Shown: piece after piece, positions 40,426 to 53,829 of the stretch
How the letters are laid out: every line of letters begins with the position of its first letter
Numbering within the stretch: the stretch's first letter is position 1
From: the human T2T-CHM13v2.0 reference genome, Homo sapiens
Assembly (NCBI RefSeq): GCF_009914755.1
Contig: NC_060939.1
DNA length: 64,000 nucleotides
Direction: 5' to 3' (one strand)
Notes under the pieces: generated by a model
What the model was told of the DNA's origin: nothing
Seen by the model: only the letters and a program-made list of their open reading frames with translations
Database searches by the model: none
Translations under genes and position numbers: made by a program

Positions 40426-43400
40426 TTTTTTTTTTTCAACTTTTATTTTAGGTTCAAGGGGTAGATATGTGGGTTTGTTATATGGGTAAATCATGTGTTG
40501 CAGGGGTTTGGTATACACATTATTTTGTCACCCAGGTAATAAGTATAGTACCCAATAGGTAGTTTTTTGATTCTCATCCTCCTCTCACCCTCCACCCTCA
40601 AATAGGCCCTGGCGCCTATTGTTCACTTGTGTATGTCTATGTGTACTATGTTTAGCTTCCGTTTATAAATGAGAACATGTAGTATTTGGTTTTCTGTTCC
40701 TGTGTTAATTTGCTTTGGATAATGGCCTCCAGCTCCACCAATGTTGCTGCAAAGAATATGATATCATTCTTTTTTACAGCTGTGTAATAGTCTTTATCCA
40801 GAATACTGGAGGTATATGTGTCACATTTTCTTTATCCAGTTCACCACTGATGGGCATTTAGGTTTATTTTATGTCTTTGCTACTGTGAGTAGTGCTGTGA
40901 TGAACATACATGTACATGTGTCTTATGGTAGAATGACTTATATTCCTTTGAGTATATACCCACTGATGAGATTGCTGGGTCAAATCATAGTTTTGTTTTA
41001 AGCTCTTTGAGAAATCTCCACACTGTTTCCTTTAGTGACTGAACTGGTTTACATTCCCACCAGCAGTGTATAAGCATTCCTTTTTCTCTGAAACCTCACT
41101 AGCATGGGTTTTTTTTTATTTTTTAATAATAGCCCTTCTGACTGGTATGAAATGGTATCTCATTGTGGTTTTAATTTGCATTTCCCTAATGATTACTGAC
41201 ACTGAACATTTTTTCATATGCTCAGTGGCTATACATATGTCTTGAGAAGTGTTTGTTCATGTCCTTTGCCCATTTTTTAGTGGGGTGTTTTAGTTTTTGC
41301 TTGTTGATTCGTTTAAATTCCTTATAGATTCTAGATATGAGACTTTTGCTACATATATACTTTGCAAATATTTTCTCCCATTCTTTAGGCTATTTACTCT
41401 GTTGTTAGTTTCTTTTGCTGTGCACAAGCTCTTTAGATTAATTAGGTCCCAATTGTCAACTTTTGTTTTTTTTGCAATTGCTTTTGGTGTATTTGTCATG
41501 AAATCTCTGCCGGGCCTTATATTCAGAAAGGCATTTCCTGTGTTATCTTCTAGAGGTTTTTGTAGTTTTAGGTTTTACATTTAAGTCTTTAATCCATTTT
41601 GAGTTGACTTTTATATGTGGTGAAAGGTAAACATCCAATTTCAATCTTTTGCATATGGTTAGCCAGTTATCCCAGCACTATTTATTGAATAGGGAGTCCT
41701 TTCACCATTGCTTTTTTTGTTGACTTTGTTGAAGATCAGATGGTTGTAGGTGTGTGGCTTGATTTCTGGGTTCTCTAACCTGTTCCATTAGTCTATGTGT
41801 CTGTTTTTGTACGAGTATCATGCTGTTTTGGCTATTGTAGCCTTATGGTATAGTTGAATTGGATTGTGTGATAACTCTGGGTTCATTCTTTTTGCTTAGG
41901 ATGGCTTTAGCTATTTGGGCTTTATTTTTTTGGTTCCACATAAATCGTAGTATAGTTTTTTATAATTCTGTGAAGAATGTCACTGGTAGTTTGACAGGAA
42001 TAGCATTGAATCTGTAAATTGCTTTTGGCAATATGGCCATTTTAATATTGATTCATGCTAACCATGAGCATAGAATATTTTTCCATTTGTTTGTGTCATC
42101 TCTGACTTATTTCAGCAGTGTTTTCTCATCTTATGGTAGAGACCTTTCACCTCCCTGGTTAGCTGTATCCCTAGGTATTTTAATTTTTTTGTGAATATTT
42201 TGAATGCCATTGTGTTTTTGACTTGGCTGTCAGCTTGGATGTAAAATGCTACTGATTTTTGTACATTGATTTTGTGTCCTGAAACCTTGCTGAAGTTGTT
42301 TATCACATCTAGGAGTTTTTGGGCAAAGATTCTATGCCACTCGGTGTCTTTTAAGTGGGCTGTTCAGCCCATTTATATTCAAGATTAATATGGATATCTG
42401 TGGATTTAGTCCTGTCATCATATTGTTAGCTGGTTATTATGCAGACTTGATGTGTAGCTGCTTTACATTGTCAATGGTTATGTATTTAAGTGTGTTTTTG
42501 TGGTGGCTGGTAATGCTCTTTCATTTGTATGTTTAGCACTCCCTTAAGGACTTCTTATAAGGCAAGTCTAGTGGTCACAAATTCCCTTAGCATTTGCTTG
42601 TCCAAAAAGGATCTGACTTCTCCTTCACTTATCAAGCTTAGTTTGGCTGAATGTGAAATTCCTCGTTGGAGTTTCTTTTTTTTTTTACAATGCTGAATAT
42701 AGGCCCCCAATCTCTTCTAGCATGCAAGGTTTCTTTTGAAAGGTTTGTTGTTAGTCTGATGGGATTTGTAGGTGACATGCCCCTTCCCTGTACCTACCTT
42801 TAATAGCTTTTGTTTCATGTTGTCCTTGGAGAATCTGATGACTGTGTATCAGGGAAAGTTGTCTTGTATAGTATTTCATAGAGGTTCTCTGCATTTCCTG
42901 AATTTGAATGTCAATCTTTCTTGTGAGGTAGAGGAGATTTTCCTGTACAGTATCCTCAAATATGACTTCCAAGTTGCTTTCTCTTTCTGGGACAGAAATA
43001 AGTCATATGTTTGGTCTCTACATTATCCCATATTTCTCAGAGGTTATAGTTCGTTTCGTTTCTTTTTTTTTTTTACTTTTGTCTGACTGAGTTGATTTGA
43101 AGAGCCTGTTTTCAAGCTCTGAGATTCTTCTGTCGGCTTGGTCTTCTCTGTTAATACTTCTGATTGTATTATGAAATTCTTGTAGTGTGTTTTTCAGCTC
43201 TATGAATTTTGTTCGGTTCTTTTTTGAAATAGCTATTTCTTCTTTCAGCTCTTGTATCATTTTAGTGGATTATTTTGAATCTTTGGATTGGGTTTTAATA
43301 TTCTCCTAAATCTCAACGATCTTCATGCCTATCCAGATTCTGAATTCTGTGTCTTTTTTGTTTTGTTTTGTTTTGTTTTCAGGCATTTCAGCCTGGTTAA

Positions 43401-44612
43401 GAACAATTGCTGGGGTGCTAGTGCACTTATTTGGAGGTAAGAAGACACTCTTTGAGTTGCCAGAGTTCTTGTGCTGGTTCTTTCTCTTTGGGCTATGTTC
43501 CTGGAATGTTTGAAGTTTCTGTCCTTTGTAAGGGTTTTTTTGCTTGTAGTCTTTGATGCCCTTGAGGGTTTAACTGGGAAAATACAGGTTCAATCAACTA
43601 ACCCTTTCTGGAAGATTTCAGGGGGCTAAGGCTCATGTCAACATTCCTGATCTGCGTGCTTTAACCTGAGGGGCTGGTACCAGGCCCATGGCTTTGTTCT
43701 CAGACCCCTCAAGTTACCAGCTGCCACACTGGAAGGCATGAGGTGTTCCTGTTCTGCTGACAACACTTCGATGAGGGGTGCCAGCCAAAGTGCTTTGGTG
43801 GGGCAGTGGCCATGGGGTCTGCGCTTGCACATGCCAGCAGTGGCACTGTGTGGTGGAATGCATGCATGTTGGCGGGTGCAGGGCATTGATGGGGGCAGGG
43901 TAGGGTTGATGTTGCATGCATGTGTGCACCAGTCTGTGCAGTGGTAGAGCGGGCAGCATGTGTTCTCCTGAGGGGATATGGTGGTGGCATCTGCATTGAG
44001 GTGAAGTGACATCTGCACATTCGAGTGTGCCAGAAGTAGTAGCAGCATGGTGGAGCATTTGTGTGTTAGCTGGGGCAGGGCACAGATGTGGTTGGGTTGA
44101 GGTTTCCATGTGTGAATGAGACAGCAATGTCTGCATTGCAGGCATGTGCTGGCAGCAAGCTATTCCCATTGGAGGGGGAAGGGCAGCAGGGTGCCTGTGT
44201 GCCAGTGGGGATTCGTTGGTGGCATCTGTACATGAGCACTGATGCTGACAGCAATGGCATGGTGGGGTGTGCATACACATGTTCCAGTGGAGCAGTGGTG
44301 AGGTCCGCCTATGTGTGCATGTGTGTTGGTAAAGTGGTAGAAGCTTGTCAGCTGGAGCTCCCTGAAGGTCAGGTGTGGTATGCCTGTGAAGGAGTTATGG
44401 CTGTGGCATCCAGACAGTACCCTGGTTGGGTGTCCAAGGCTGCACTGGAAGCAGACATGGCCAGGCAGGGACCCTGGGAGAGGCTGGCACACAGGGTGAT
44501 GCTCAGGTCAGACTGGCCCCATCCCAGGGGCAAGACTGCCCTGCTCTGTCCAGATTTGACGTCAACAAAGGCCAAAGCCACCTAGAGAAGTGTGGTGAGC
44601 CTTGGGGCATTT
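40426..44612 (-). mobile_element. L1PA15/16-like LINE-1 with 5'UTR and ORF1, about 2 kb of ORF2 deleted
   Basis: Poly-T at 40426; 3'UTR and ORF2 to ~42330, then an abrupt jump to the ORF2 start; ORF1 ~42500-43400 (ELKNTLQEFHN); GC-rich repetitive 5'UTR 43600-44612. Confidence 0.85.
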
Positions 44613-44661
44613 GTCCTTTTATTATTGTCCTCCTTTTGCTGATTTGGGGCTTCTTTTGTTC

Positions 44662-44973
44662 TTTTTTTTTTTTTTTTTCTTTTTGAGACAGGGTCTCACA
44701 CTGTTACCCAGGTTGGAGTGCAGTGGCATGGTCTTAGCTCACTGCAACCTCTGCTTCCTGGGCACAAGTGATCCTCTCACCTCAGCCTCCCTAGTGGCTG
44801 AGACTACAGGTGTGCGCCACTATGCCTGGCTAATTTTTTATTTTTATTTTAATTTTTGGAGAAAGGGTTTTGTCTTATTGTCCAGAATGGTCTTGACTTC
44901 TGGTCTCAAGTGAGTCACACGCCTTGGCCTCCCAAAATGCTGGAATTGCAGGCGGGAGCCACTGTGCCTGGCC
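44662..44973 (-). mobile_element. AluJ-like
   Basis: Poly-T, GAGACAGGGTCTCAC..., ends GCCTGGCC. Confidence 0.92.
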
Positions 44974-45219
44974 CTTTTTCTAGTTCTTTTAAGGGTACAG
45001 TTAGGTTGTTTATTCGGGGACTTTTCTTCTTAATGTAGGCATCTATTTCTACATTATAAACTTACCTCTTAGAACTACTTTTGTTGCATTCTATAAGTTT
45101 GGGTAGGTTATGTGTTCATTTTAGTTTATCTCAAGATACTTTCTGATTTTCCTTTTCATTTCTTCATTGACCTATTGGTTGTTCAGGAATGTGTTGTTTA
45201 ATTTCCACATATTTGTCTA

Positions 45220-45534
<315 letters not shown>

Positions 45535-48454
45535 TGAATTATCATCTTGTTACTGATTTCTAGTTTTATATCACTGTGGTCAGAAAAAATACTTGATATA
45601 TAATTATTCTTGTTAAATGTAGTAAGACTTGGTTTGTAGCCCAACGTATATCTATCTTGAAGAATGTTCTGTGTGCATTTGAGGAAAATGTGTATTCTTC
45701 TGCTGTTGGATGGAATATTCTGTGTATGTCTTCTAGGTTACTTTCATCTATAGGGTTGTTCAAGTCTGATGTTTCCTTATTTTCTGTCTGGATGATCTCT
45801 CTGTTGCTGAAAGTGAAATTATCCTACTATTATTGTATTGCTATCTGTTTCTCCCTTCAGTTAAAACTGTCAATATTTGCTTTATAAATTAGGTGCTCCA
45901 ATGTTGGGTGCATATATATTTAGAATTGTTATATCCTCTTGATGAATTAACTTTTTATGGTTATATAATGACCTTCTTTGTGTCTTATGACAATTTCGGA
46001 CTTAATGTCTATTTTGTCTGATGTAAGTACAACCATCTCTGCTCCCTTTTAGTTATTTGCATGGAATATCTCTTTCCATTCATTCAGACTATGCATTTCT
46101 TAAAGCTAAAATGAGTCTCTTGGAGACAGCAGATTATTAGACCTTGTTTTTTCTATTTTTTCAGCCACTCTATGACTTTTATTAGAGAATTTAACCATTT
46201 ACATTTAAAGAAATATTAATAGGTAAGGAGTTATTGCCATTCTGCTCATTGTTTTGTGGCTAATTTGTAGTTCCTTTCTTTTGCTTTTGCTGTCTTTTTT
46301 TTGTTATTCAATGTTTTTTTTTAGTGGTATGCTTTGATTTCTATTTTTTTTTTTGTACATCTGTTACAGGTTTTTCCTTTGCGATTAATGTGAGGCTTAC
46401 ATAAAACAAATTATAGTTGCAACAGTCTATTTTAAGCTGATAATAATTTAATTTTTGCTCACTCACAGAAACTCTATTCTTATCTCCAGCATGTTTTATG
46501 TTATTCATGTCACAAGTTATATCTTTTATATATCAGGTATACATTAACAAATCATTATAGCTATAGTTATTTTTAATGCTTTAAAATATTTTAAACTAAT
46601 ATTAAAAGTTATTTACACATTGCCATTGCAGTGTAAGAGTATTCTGGATTTGTCTATACCCCTGCCATTACCAGTGAGTTTTATAATTTACTTTTTTTTT
46701 TAACTTTATTGGTTCATTTTTCTTTTATTTTTTCTTTTTTGTTGCTTTTAAAATTTACTTTTCATATTGCTAATTAACATTCTTTTGTTTCAGTTTGACA
46801 ATCTTAGCATTTCTTGTAAGAAAAATCAAATGCTATTGATATACCTTTGTTTTTCTTTTTCTGAGAAAATCTTTATTTCTGAAGGAAAGATTTACTAGAT
46901 AAAGTGTTTTTGGTTTACAGTTTTTTTGTTTTCTTTTAGCATGAGGAATATGTCATCCTAGGCTTTCTTGGCCTGTGAGCTTTCTGCTGACAAATCTGAT
47001 GATAGTCTTATGGATGGTCCCTTGTTTGTGATGAACTGCTTTTCTCTTGGTGCTTTCAAAATTGTTCATCATTGGCTTTTCAGAATTTAATTATTGCCTT
47101 TTTTCACAATTTATTTACAAAGTCCTGGTGAATGTTCAATGTATTTGCAGTTCTTTGGACTTCATGGACCTGGATGTTCATTTCCATTTTTAAATGCGGG
47201 GAGTTTTCTGCCATTCTTTCCTTAAATAAGCTATCTTCTTCTTGGTTTGTTTCATCTGGCAACAAAGCATAATGCATATGTTTGTTTACCTGATGATGTC
47301 TTATGGGTTTTATAGCCTTTCTTCACTCTTTTTCACTCTTTTTTCTTTTAGTTCTTCTGACTGGGTAATTTCAAATGTCTTTAAGTTCATTGACTTTCAT
47401 TCTGCTTGATCAAGTCTGTTAAAGCTCATGGAATTTTTCAGTTTAGTCCTTTTGTTCCTCAGCTTCACAATTTTTGTTTGGTTCCTTTTCATGGTTTCTT
47501 TCTCTTTGTTGAAGTTGTCTTTTTGTCTTCCTGATTTTGTTTTGTTGTCTATGTATATCCTCTTGTAGCTCACAAGTTTCTTTAAGATTATTATTTTGAA
47601 TTCTTTATAGGACAATCTGTAGATCTCCATTGTTTTAAGATCAGTTACTGGTGCTTTATTTTTTTTCCTTTGGTGATATCAAGTATTCCTGCTTATTTTT
47701 GATCCTTGTGGCCTTGCATTGCCATCCATACATTTGAAGAAGTAGTCACCTCTTCTAGTCTTTAGACTGGCTTTGGGAGGGAAATCCCTTAACCAGTCAG
47801 CCTGCCCAGAGATTTTGGGTGCAGTAGCACCCAGAGATTTTGGGACCCTGGTCAGGCTTGCTTTGGGAAGGAGAGCATGGTTATTATTTCTATGATCAGG
47901 TGACCCTTGTATCTGGGTTCATGGAAGATCACTGGGGTGGGCCTGGTACCTTGGTATGTGCGTGTAGGTCTAGAACATGTGGATGCTGGAGTGGGCCTGA
48001 AGCTTGGGGTCCGTGGGGGACAACCTCTTCTGGGACCAGCCTGGCATTGGGGTGCTTGCTCAGGTTTTGATTTTGGTTTCCCCTCATTTCTAAGATCTCT
48101 AGTGGAACTATCTGGGTCATAGCTTATTTCCTTTCTGTCTTAGCTTCTATGCATATTCTCATGATGAGATGGAGGAATGATTTGAGAACTGTAGAGGGCC
48201 TTAGTGTGTCAAATAGAGGTATTTTGACATAGTCCGGCATGGAGTGCCAGAATAAATGAAACAGCCTCATTTCCTTTGTTTAATTACTGGTTATTCATCT
48301 CATTCTTAATAGGTCCCATGAGAAAAACTACCTGAACATGGTCATTATCTTCAAATTTGGTCAGTGTGACATCACTTGACTTAAATTTAAGCAAAGAAAC
48401 AGCTTTTCCTGTTATGCTACTAATCACCATTTTCTAAATTTCTGCTATATTTAA

Positions 48455-49485
48455 TTTTTAAAAACAGCTTATTAAGACCTCATTATACAATAAACAAACT
48501 TTATATATTTTGTGTATGTGATTTAGTAAGTTTTGACAAATATATACACCAGCGAACCTATCACCACAATGAAGATCATAAACATATTCATCATTGCTAA
48601 AAGCTTCCTTGTTTCACTTTGCAATCTCTCTATATTAGCTCATTCTCATACTGCTATAAAGAACTGCCCAAGACTGGGTAATTTATAAAGAAAAGAGGTT
48701 TAATTGACTCACAGTTCTGCAGGGCTGGGGATGCCTCAGGAAACTTACAATCATGGTGGAAGGGGAAGCAAACAAGTCCTTCTCCACATGGTGGCAGGAA
48801 GGAGAAGTGCCAAGCAAAGACAGAAAAGCCCCTTATAAAACCATCAGGTCTCACGATAACTCACTATCATGAGAACAGCATGAGGTTAAAGACCCCATGA
48901 TTCAATTACCTCCCAGTGGGTCCCTCCCACAAGAAGTGGGGATTATAGAAACTACAATTTAAGATGAGATTTGGGTGGAGACACAGAAAATCATATTACC
49001 CTCTTGCACACTGATTTACTCTGTCACTATATATTAACTTGCATTTTCGAGACTAGAATCATACAGTATACACACTTTCAAAAAACTATGTCTTCTATCA
49101 TTTAGCATAATTATATTGAGATTTATCCATGTTGCTATGTGAATAATTTCCTCATATTGCTAAATAGTATTCACTGTATGGATATACTATAATTGGTTTA
49201 TCTACTCACCTCTTGTTAAGTATTTGGGTTGGTTCCTAGTTTTGCCTATAAATAAAGCGGATATGAACATTCATGTACAAGTCTTTGTATGGACATATGC
49301 TCTCATTTATCTTGGATAAATACCTGTGTTTGGAAAGACTGAATTATGTAGTAAGTGTATGTTTAACTTTTTTTATGAAACTGCCAAATTGTTTACCAAA
49401 GCGATTGTGCAATTTTATCTTCCCATGGGCAGTGCATGAGAGAAAAGTTTGCTCCATATACTTGCTAACATTTGGTATAGGTCAA
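48455..49485 (-). mobile_element. L1MB/MC-like 3' end (host of THE1)
   Basis: AACAGCTTATTAAG..TTTTGACAAATATATACACC..GAATCATACAGTAT..ATGAACATTCATGTACAAGTC. Confidence 0.7.
48631..48998 (-). mobile_element. THE1 (THE1C/D-like) MaLR solo LTR
   Basis: ACTGCTATAAAGAACTGCCCAAGACTGGGTAATTTATAAAG..GATGAGATTTGGGTGG; 368 bp; TSD-like CTCTC / CCCTC. Confidence 0.92.
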
Positions 49486-49499
49486 AACTAGAGAGCAAA

Positions 49500-51260
49500 A
49501 ATAAGTTGTATTAGTACCCCTCCTTCTTGAGCCCAATTCAGAATATACCATGTCCATTTTGTGAGGTTAGACAAGCTGAGCAACAGTCCATTGTGACTTA
49601 ATGGGCAAGATATAACCCAGCTCATAACTAATGTGACAGTGACAAATAGTCACTTGGAATTCTGTGATAATGCCTTCCATCTATACCAGGCCCCAGTAAA
49701 AGACCAGAAACCATTTTCTGAAGGCATATAATTCTCTTCTCCAGATAATATGACCTTGCTTGCTTCAGAAGCCCAGGTCTTTCCACAAACTGTAAAATAA
49801 ACCTTTATTATAATAACATTGACACCATCAGATCTGCTGAATTCTCTGACTGAAGGGGTGTAAAGCTGCTTACATCACAGTCTAGACCTGCAAAAGAGCA
49901 CATTTCTGTTATAGGTCCCACTTAAAACTGGTAGGCATTTTGTCACCAGTTTATAGGCCAGACAAATATCCCTGAAGATATATGCTACCCTCCAAACCCA
50001 AAGAGGCAGACCAGACATTGTGCTCCCTTCTTTGTAACAGGTCATGCAAGATGCAGCAATTTATGTTTTGGTTTGGAGATAATCCAGGAACATCATTGAC
50101 CACTGTATATCACTTAGATACTTTATTAAAATAACAATGTGATAAATCCTGGAAGGGTTCCTCTCTTGCTTTCCAGAGAACATAGTTCTTACCCAAGGCC
50201 TTCAGTGTGCCACCTCTTACACATCTTGCCTCATCAGCTTGTTGGCATGATTAAAATGAATCAATGTGATGTTTTTCACATGTTTATATGGCCCAGCTAT
50301 CTTCTGATTGGATTATGACAGTGAGGGAGAGTTATTATAGTTTATAAATGTATTTTATTGTTCACCTCATGTGAATGAAGTTTTGCTAAGAGCTGTTTTT
50401 ATATTCTTTCATGAATTAGATAGGGAAAAAACACATTCATGTAATCAATGGCTGCACATAATTTACCCATTAATCTGATGTAGATATTATCTCCAGCACA
50501 GCAGCCACAGTTATGGTTTCTACTTGGCTAAGTTTGCAGTAGTATATAGTCATTTTCAAGATTCATTCTTGCCAGGATATAATGAGGCACTCCATAATCT
50601 ACCATGGCAACTCAGGCATTTCAACTTTACTCAGCATAGGTCATCATTTGCTCTAATGTAAATGCCATTTTAGCAATGAGTTTTCCCTATTCCCTGGGAC
50701 AGTTGGAAAAGTGCTGAATCCTGTGCACCCAAATCAGTTATGTTTATCTAGTATTATATTCCAGTTTTCTTGATCAGGAACTTTCAAAATCCAATCCTAC
50801 AGGAACTTCCTTGGCTAGCACATGCTGGCTGATTCTTACCATTCTGTATGGTAATCTCTTTATTTTCTGTGTCACTGGTATTCCCAACCATGTTAAAATG
50901 GGATAATACTAATCATATGCTTCTGGAAAGTTTCTGATGGGAGCTGCTATAGCATGTATGGAGGAGGATTACACAGTACTTGACCAAAGTGGGCATGTGG
51001 TTGTAGACTAGCTCCATAGGGTGAGTTGCACTGACTCTGAAGGCCCTGAGGGTTTAGGGAAGTCTGCAGGGCCACAATTTTCAGGGGCATCTACCCAGAT
51101 ATACATATCCTATGTGTCACATTTCTAGGTTTTCCCAACCAGGGAACTACCCTTAATAGACCTGCCTTGGCTGAGAGTTGACTCATCTTTGAAGGTCAGC
51201 TACCCTAACTATCAAATATTTAGTTTGTTTATCTGCTGTGCCTACTCTGTCACTGCAGGA
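49500..51260 (-). mobile_element. Degenerate ERVL internal relic (gag and downstream)
   Basis: Minus-strand peptides LSKVEMPELPW (~50603-50636) and LIVRVADLQR*VNSQPRQV (~51160-51215) resemble ERVL Gag. Confidence 0.65.
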
Positions 51261-51344
51261 AAAAATTAGAAAAAGCATCCTCCTGCTCTCATATTTAGAC
51301 TTTATTTGTTAACTACCTTTATTTTCTCATTATCTCTTTCATTA

Positions 51345-51495
51345 TACATTATATATGTATGTATACATATATGTGTATAGCTAGAAATGAAAGAAAATAA
51401 GACTTCAAAAATAATATATATGCACATAAATATATACATACACCTCACACACAAACACATGTGTGTGTGTGTATCTATCAATATACACATATATG
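51345..51495. repeat. (TA)n/(CA)n/(TG)n low-complexity tract
   Basis: Mixed dinucleotide runs are visible directly. Confidence 0.75.
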
Positions 51496-52580
51496 AAACT
51501 AACTTATAAGTAATAAAAGTTCCAATTAGGGGTAGACACATATGTACCATTAACATGGATATGTTGAATAAAAAAGTAATAGGGCAATTATTGAATAAAA
51601 AATTTTCCATGAAATAAAGACTGAACTAAGTTCAACGATTAAAAGGACTCATTAAATTCCAGGATAGATTCATGATAAAATAATCCACTTATGCACATTT
51701 TAATAAAACTTTTTTGAACTCCAGTAAAAACTCTCAAAAGCTTCTATGTAGAAAAACCAAGTAACTCACAAAGAGAAAAGAAACAAATGGTAATAGTGTA
51801 GATGCAATGTCACTTTCTCCTAGCTTCCAGACTAATAACAGAATATCTTGGCTTCACATAGGAGCCCTGGTTTGCAGTTCTTTTAATTCAGAGAATAAAA
51901 GGAGATATAATCTTGGAATTTGGGCATACATTTAATAGATCTGAGAAAAATCTTTGAGAAGAATCTCCAAACCACTGAGCAGAAACAGAGACATAGATGG
52001 GGAAAATGCATAGGGGAAACAGTGGCGAATAGTATAACTTGAAATATAATTAAATCTAAATAGATAATAGAATATCTGGGAATATATAATATAAATGCAA
52101 AATAAGGACAAACTTAAGTGTAACCATAGACATGAAATTACTAAACTGTTTTAGCAATATCTAAAAGTTGTCATGGGGGGTTGAGGGAGATGGCTATAAT
52201 AAAAAGGTGAAGTAAAAACATTGAAAATTCTCATGAGAAGAGGCAGCAGCAAAAAAAGGGTAAGGGAAATAAAAAATTCTGTGGGTCTTATTGGGTTTGG
52301 GTAATAACTATTTGCTCTGTTATTTCATATTCATATAAACAACTGATTGTGGGGGGAAAATGCTAAGTATTAATGAAATAGAAAAGTATGTAATGAATAG
52401 CACATTGATAAAACTAGAAGGATATTAGGAAAAATAATACAAAGAATACGAAGTTGAAAAAACTGTCATTATATTAAATATACCAGACTGAATATATGTT
52501 CTCTTTTTCAAAGATAGACTGCCAGACTGGCTTAAGAAAATGAAGCCCAGTTACACATCTTTTAAAAGAAAGACTTAAAC

Positions 52581-52773
52581 TTGGCTAACATGGTGAAACC
52601 CTGTCTCTCTTAAAAACAGAAAAAATTAGCCAGGCATGGTGGTGGGCGCCTGTAGTCCCAGCTACTCAGGAGGCTGAGGCAGGAGAATGGCCTGAACTCA
52701 GCAGGCGGAGCTTGCAGTGAGCTGAGATTGCGCCACTGCCCTCCAGCCTGGGCGACAGAGAAAGACTCTGTCT

Positions 52774-52801
<28 letters not shown>
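52581..52801 (+). mobile_element. 5'-truncated AluY-like
   Basis: Starts at TGGCTAACATGG; GGCGGAGCTTGCAG; ~30-nt poly-A; perfect 12-bp TSD AAAGACTTAAAC at 52569-52580 and 52802-52813. Confidence 0.93.
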
Positions 52802-52806
<5 letters not shown>

Positions 52807-52878
52807 CTTAAACCAAGTGATAAAGGTTAAAAATAAAGGTATGGGCAAAGAGATTAACTAAAAATAAAGCAGTGTTTC

Positions 52879-53528
52879 CTGCAGCATTTTTCATAATAGC
52901 CAAGATATAGAATCAACCTAAGTGTCCAATGATGGATGAATGGTCAAGGAAATGTGATTTATATATTTATATATGTATATCTATATAAAAACACATAGGC
53001 ACACACACCTATACATTAAATATATATCACATGTTGAATATTTTTAAGTTTTGAAAAAGAAGGAAATCATGTCATTTGTGACAACATGGATAAACTTGGA
53101 GGATATTATACTAAGTGAAATAAGCCAGGCACAGGAAGACAAATACTCAATAATTTTGCTTATATGTGAAATACATAAAAGTCAAACTCATAGAAGCAGA
53201 GAGTGGAATGGTGGTTGACAGGGGCTGGTGGTGGGGAAATGAAGAGATACTGATCAAATGGTAAAAAGTTTCAGTTATGCAGAATAAATAAGTTCTGGAA
53301 ATCTAATGTACAGTATAGTGGTTACAGGTAATAATAATCTATTGTATACTTGAAATTTGCTAAGAGAGTAGCACTAAAATTTCCTACTACAAAAAAGTAT
53401 GTGAGGTGATAGAAATGTTAATTAGTGAAATGATTGCCATAATCAAGCTATATATATACATTCTGCCACATTGTATACTTCATATACAATTTTTATTTGT
53501 CTATTATAACTTGAGGAAGCTGTTAAAA
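52879..53528 (+). mobile_element. L1MA-like 3' end
   Basis: ATAATAGCCAAGATATAGAATCAACCTAAGTGTCC..AGTGAAATAAGCCAGGCACAG..TTGAAATTTGCTAAGAGAGTAG. Confidence 0.8.
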
Positions 53529-53829
53529 AGTAGTGTTGTCAATATTATAATAGCAGTCCCTAAGACAAAATACATTAAGTTATAGCATGGTTATGAAGTC
53601 ATAAGCCCATATTATAAACATGTATACATATAAAGCGAAGAATTATTAGAAACGGAAGATGTTGATACGAATGTAGTAGAAGACCTCCTATATATCCCAT
53701 AATTGAACAGATCTGGAATACAGTAAAGACATAGAAATGAGATTGAGTTTTGTAACTATTCCAAGGATGTGACATAACAATATGTATCATTTGAAGACTG
53801 TTTCTCATAATTAAATTTACCTTATTCTT

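Noticed and set aside
43638-44686. Many overlapping ORFs on both strands
   Set aside because: GC-rich repetitive 5'UTR of L1PA15/16.
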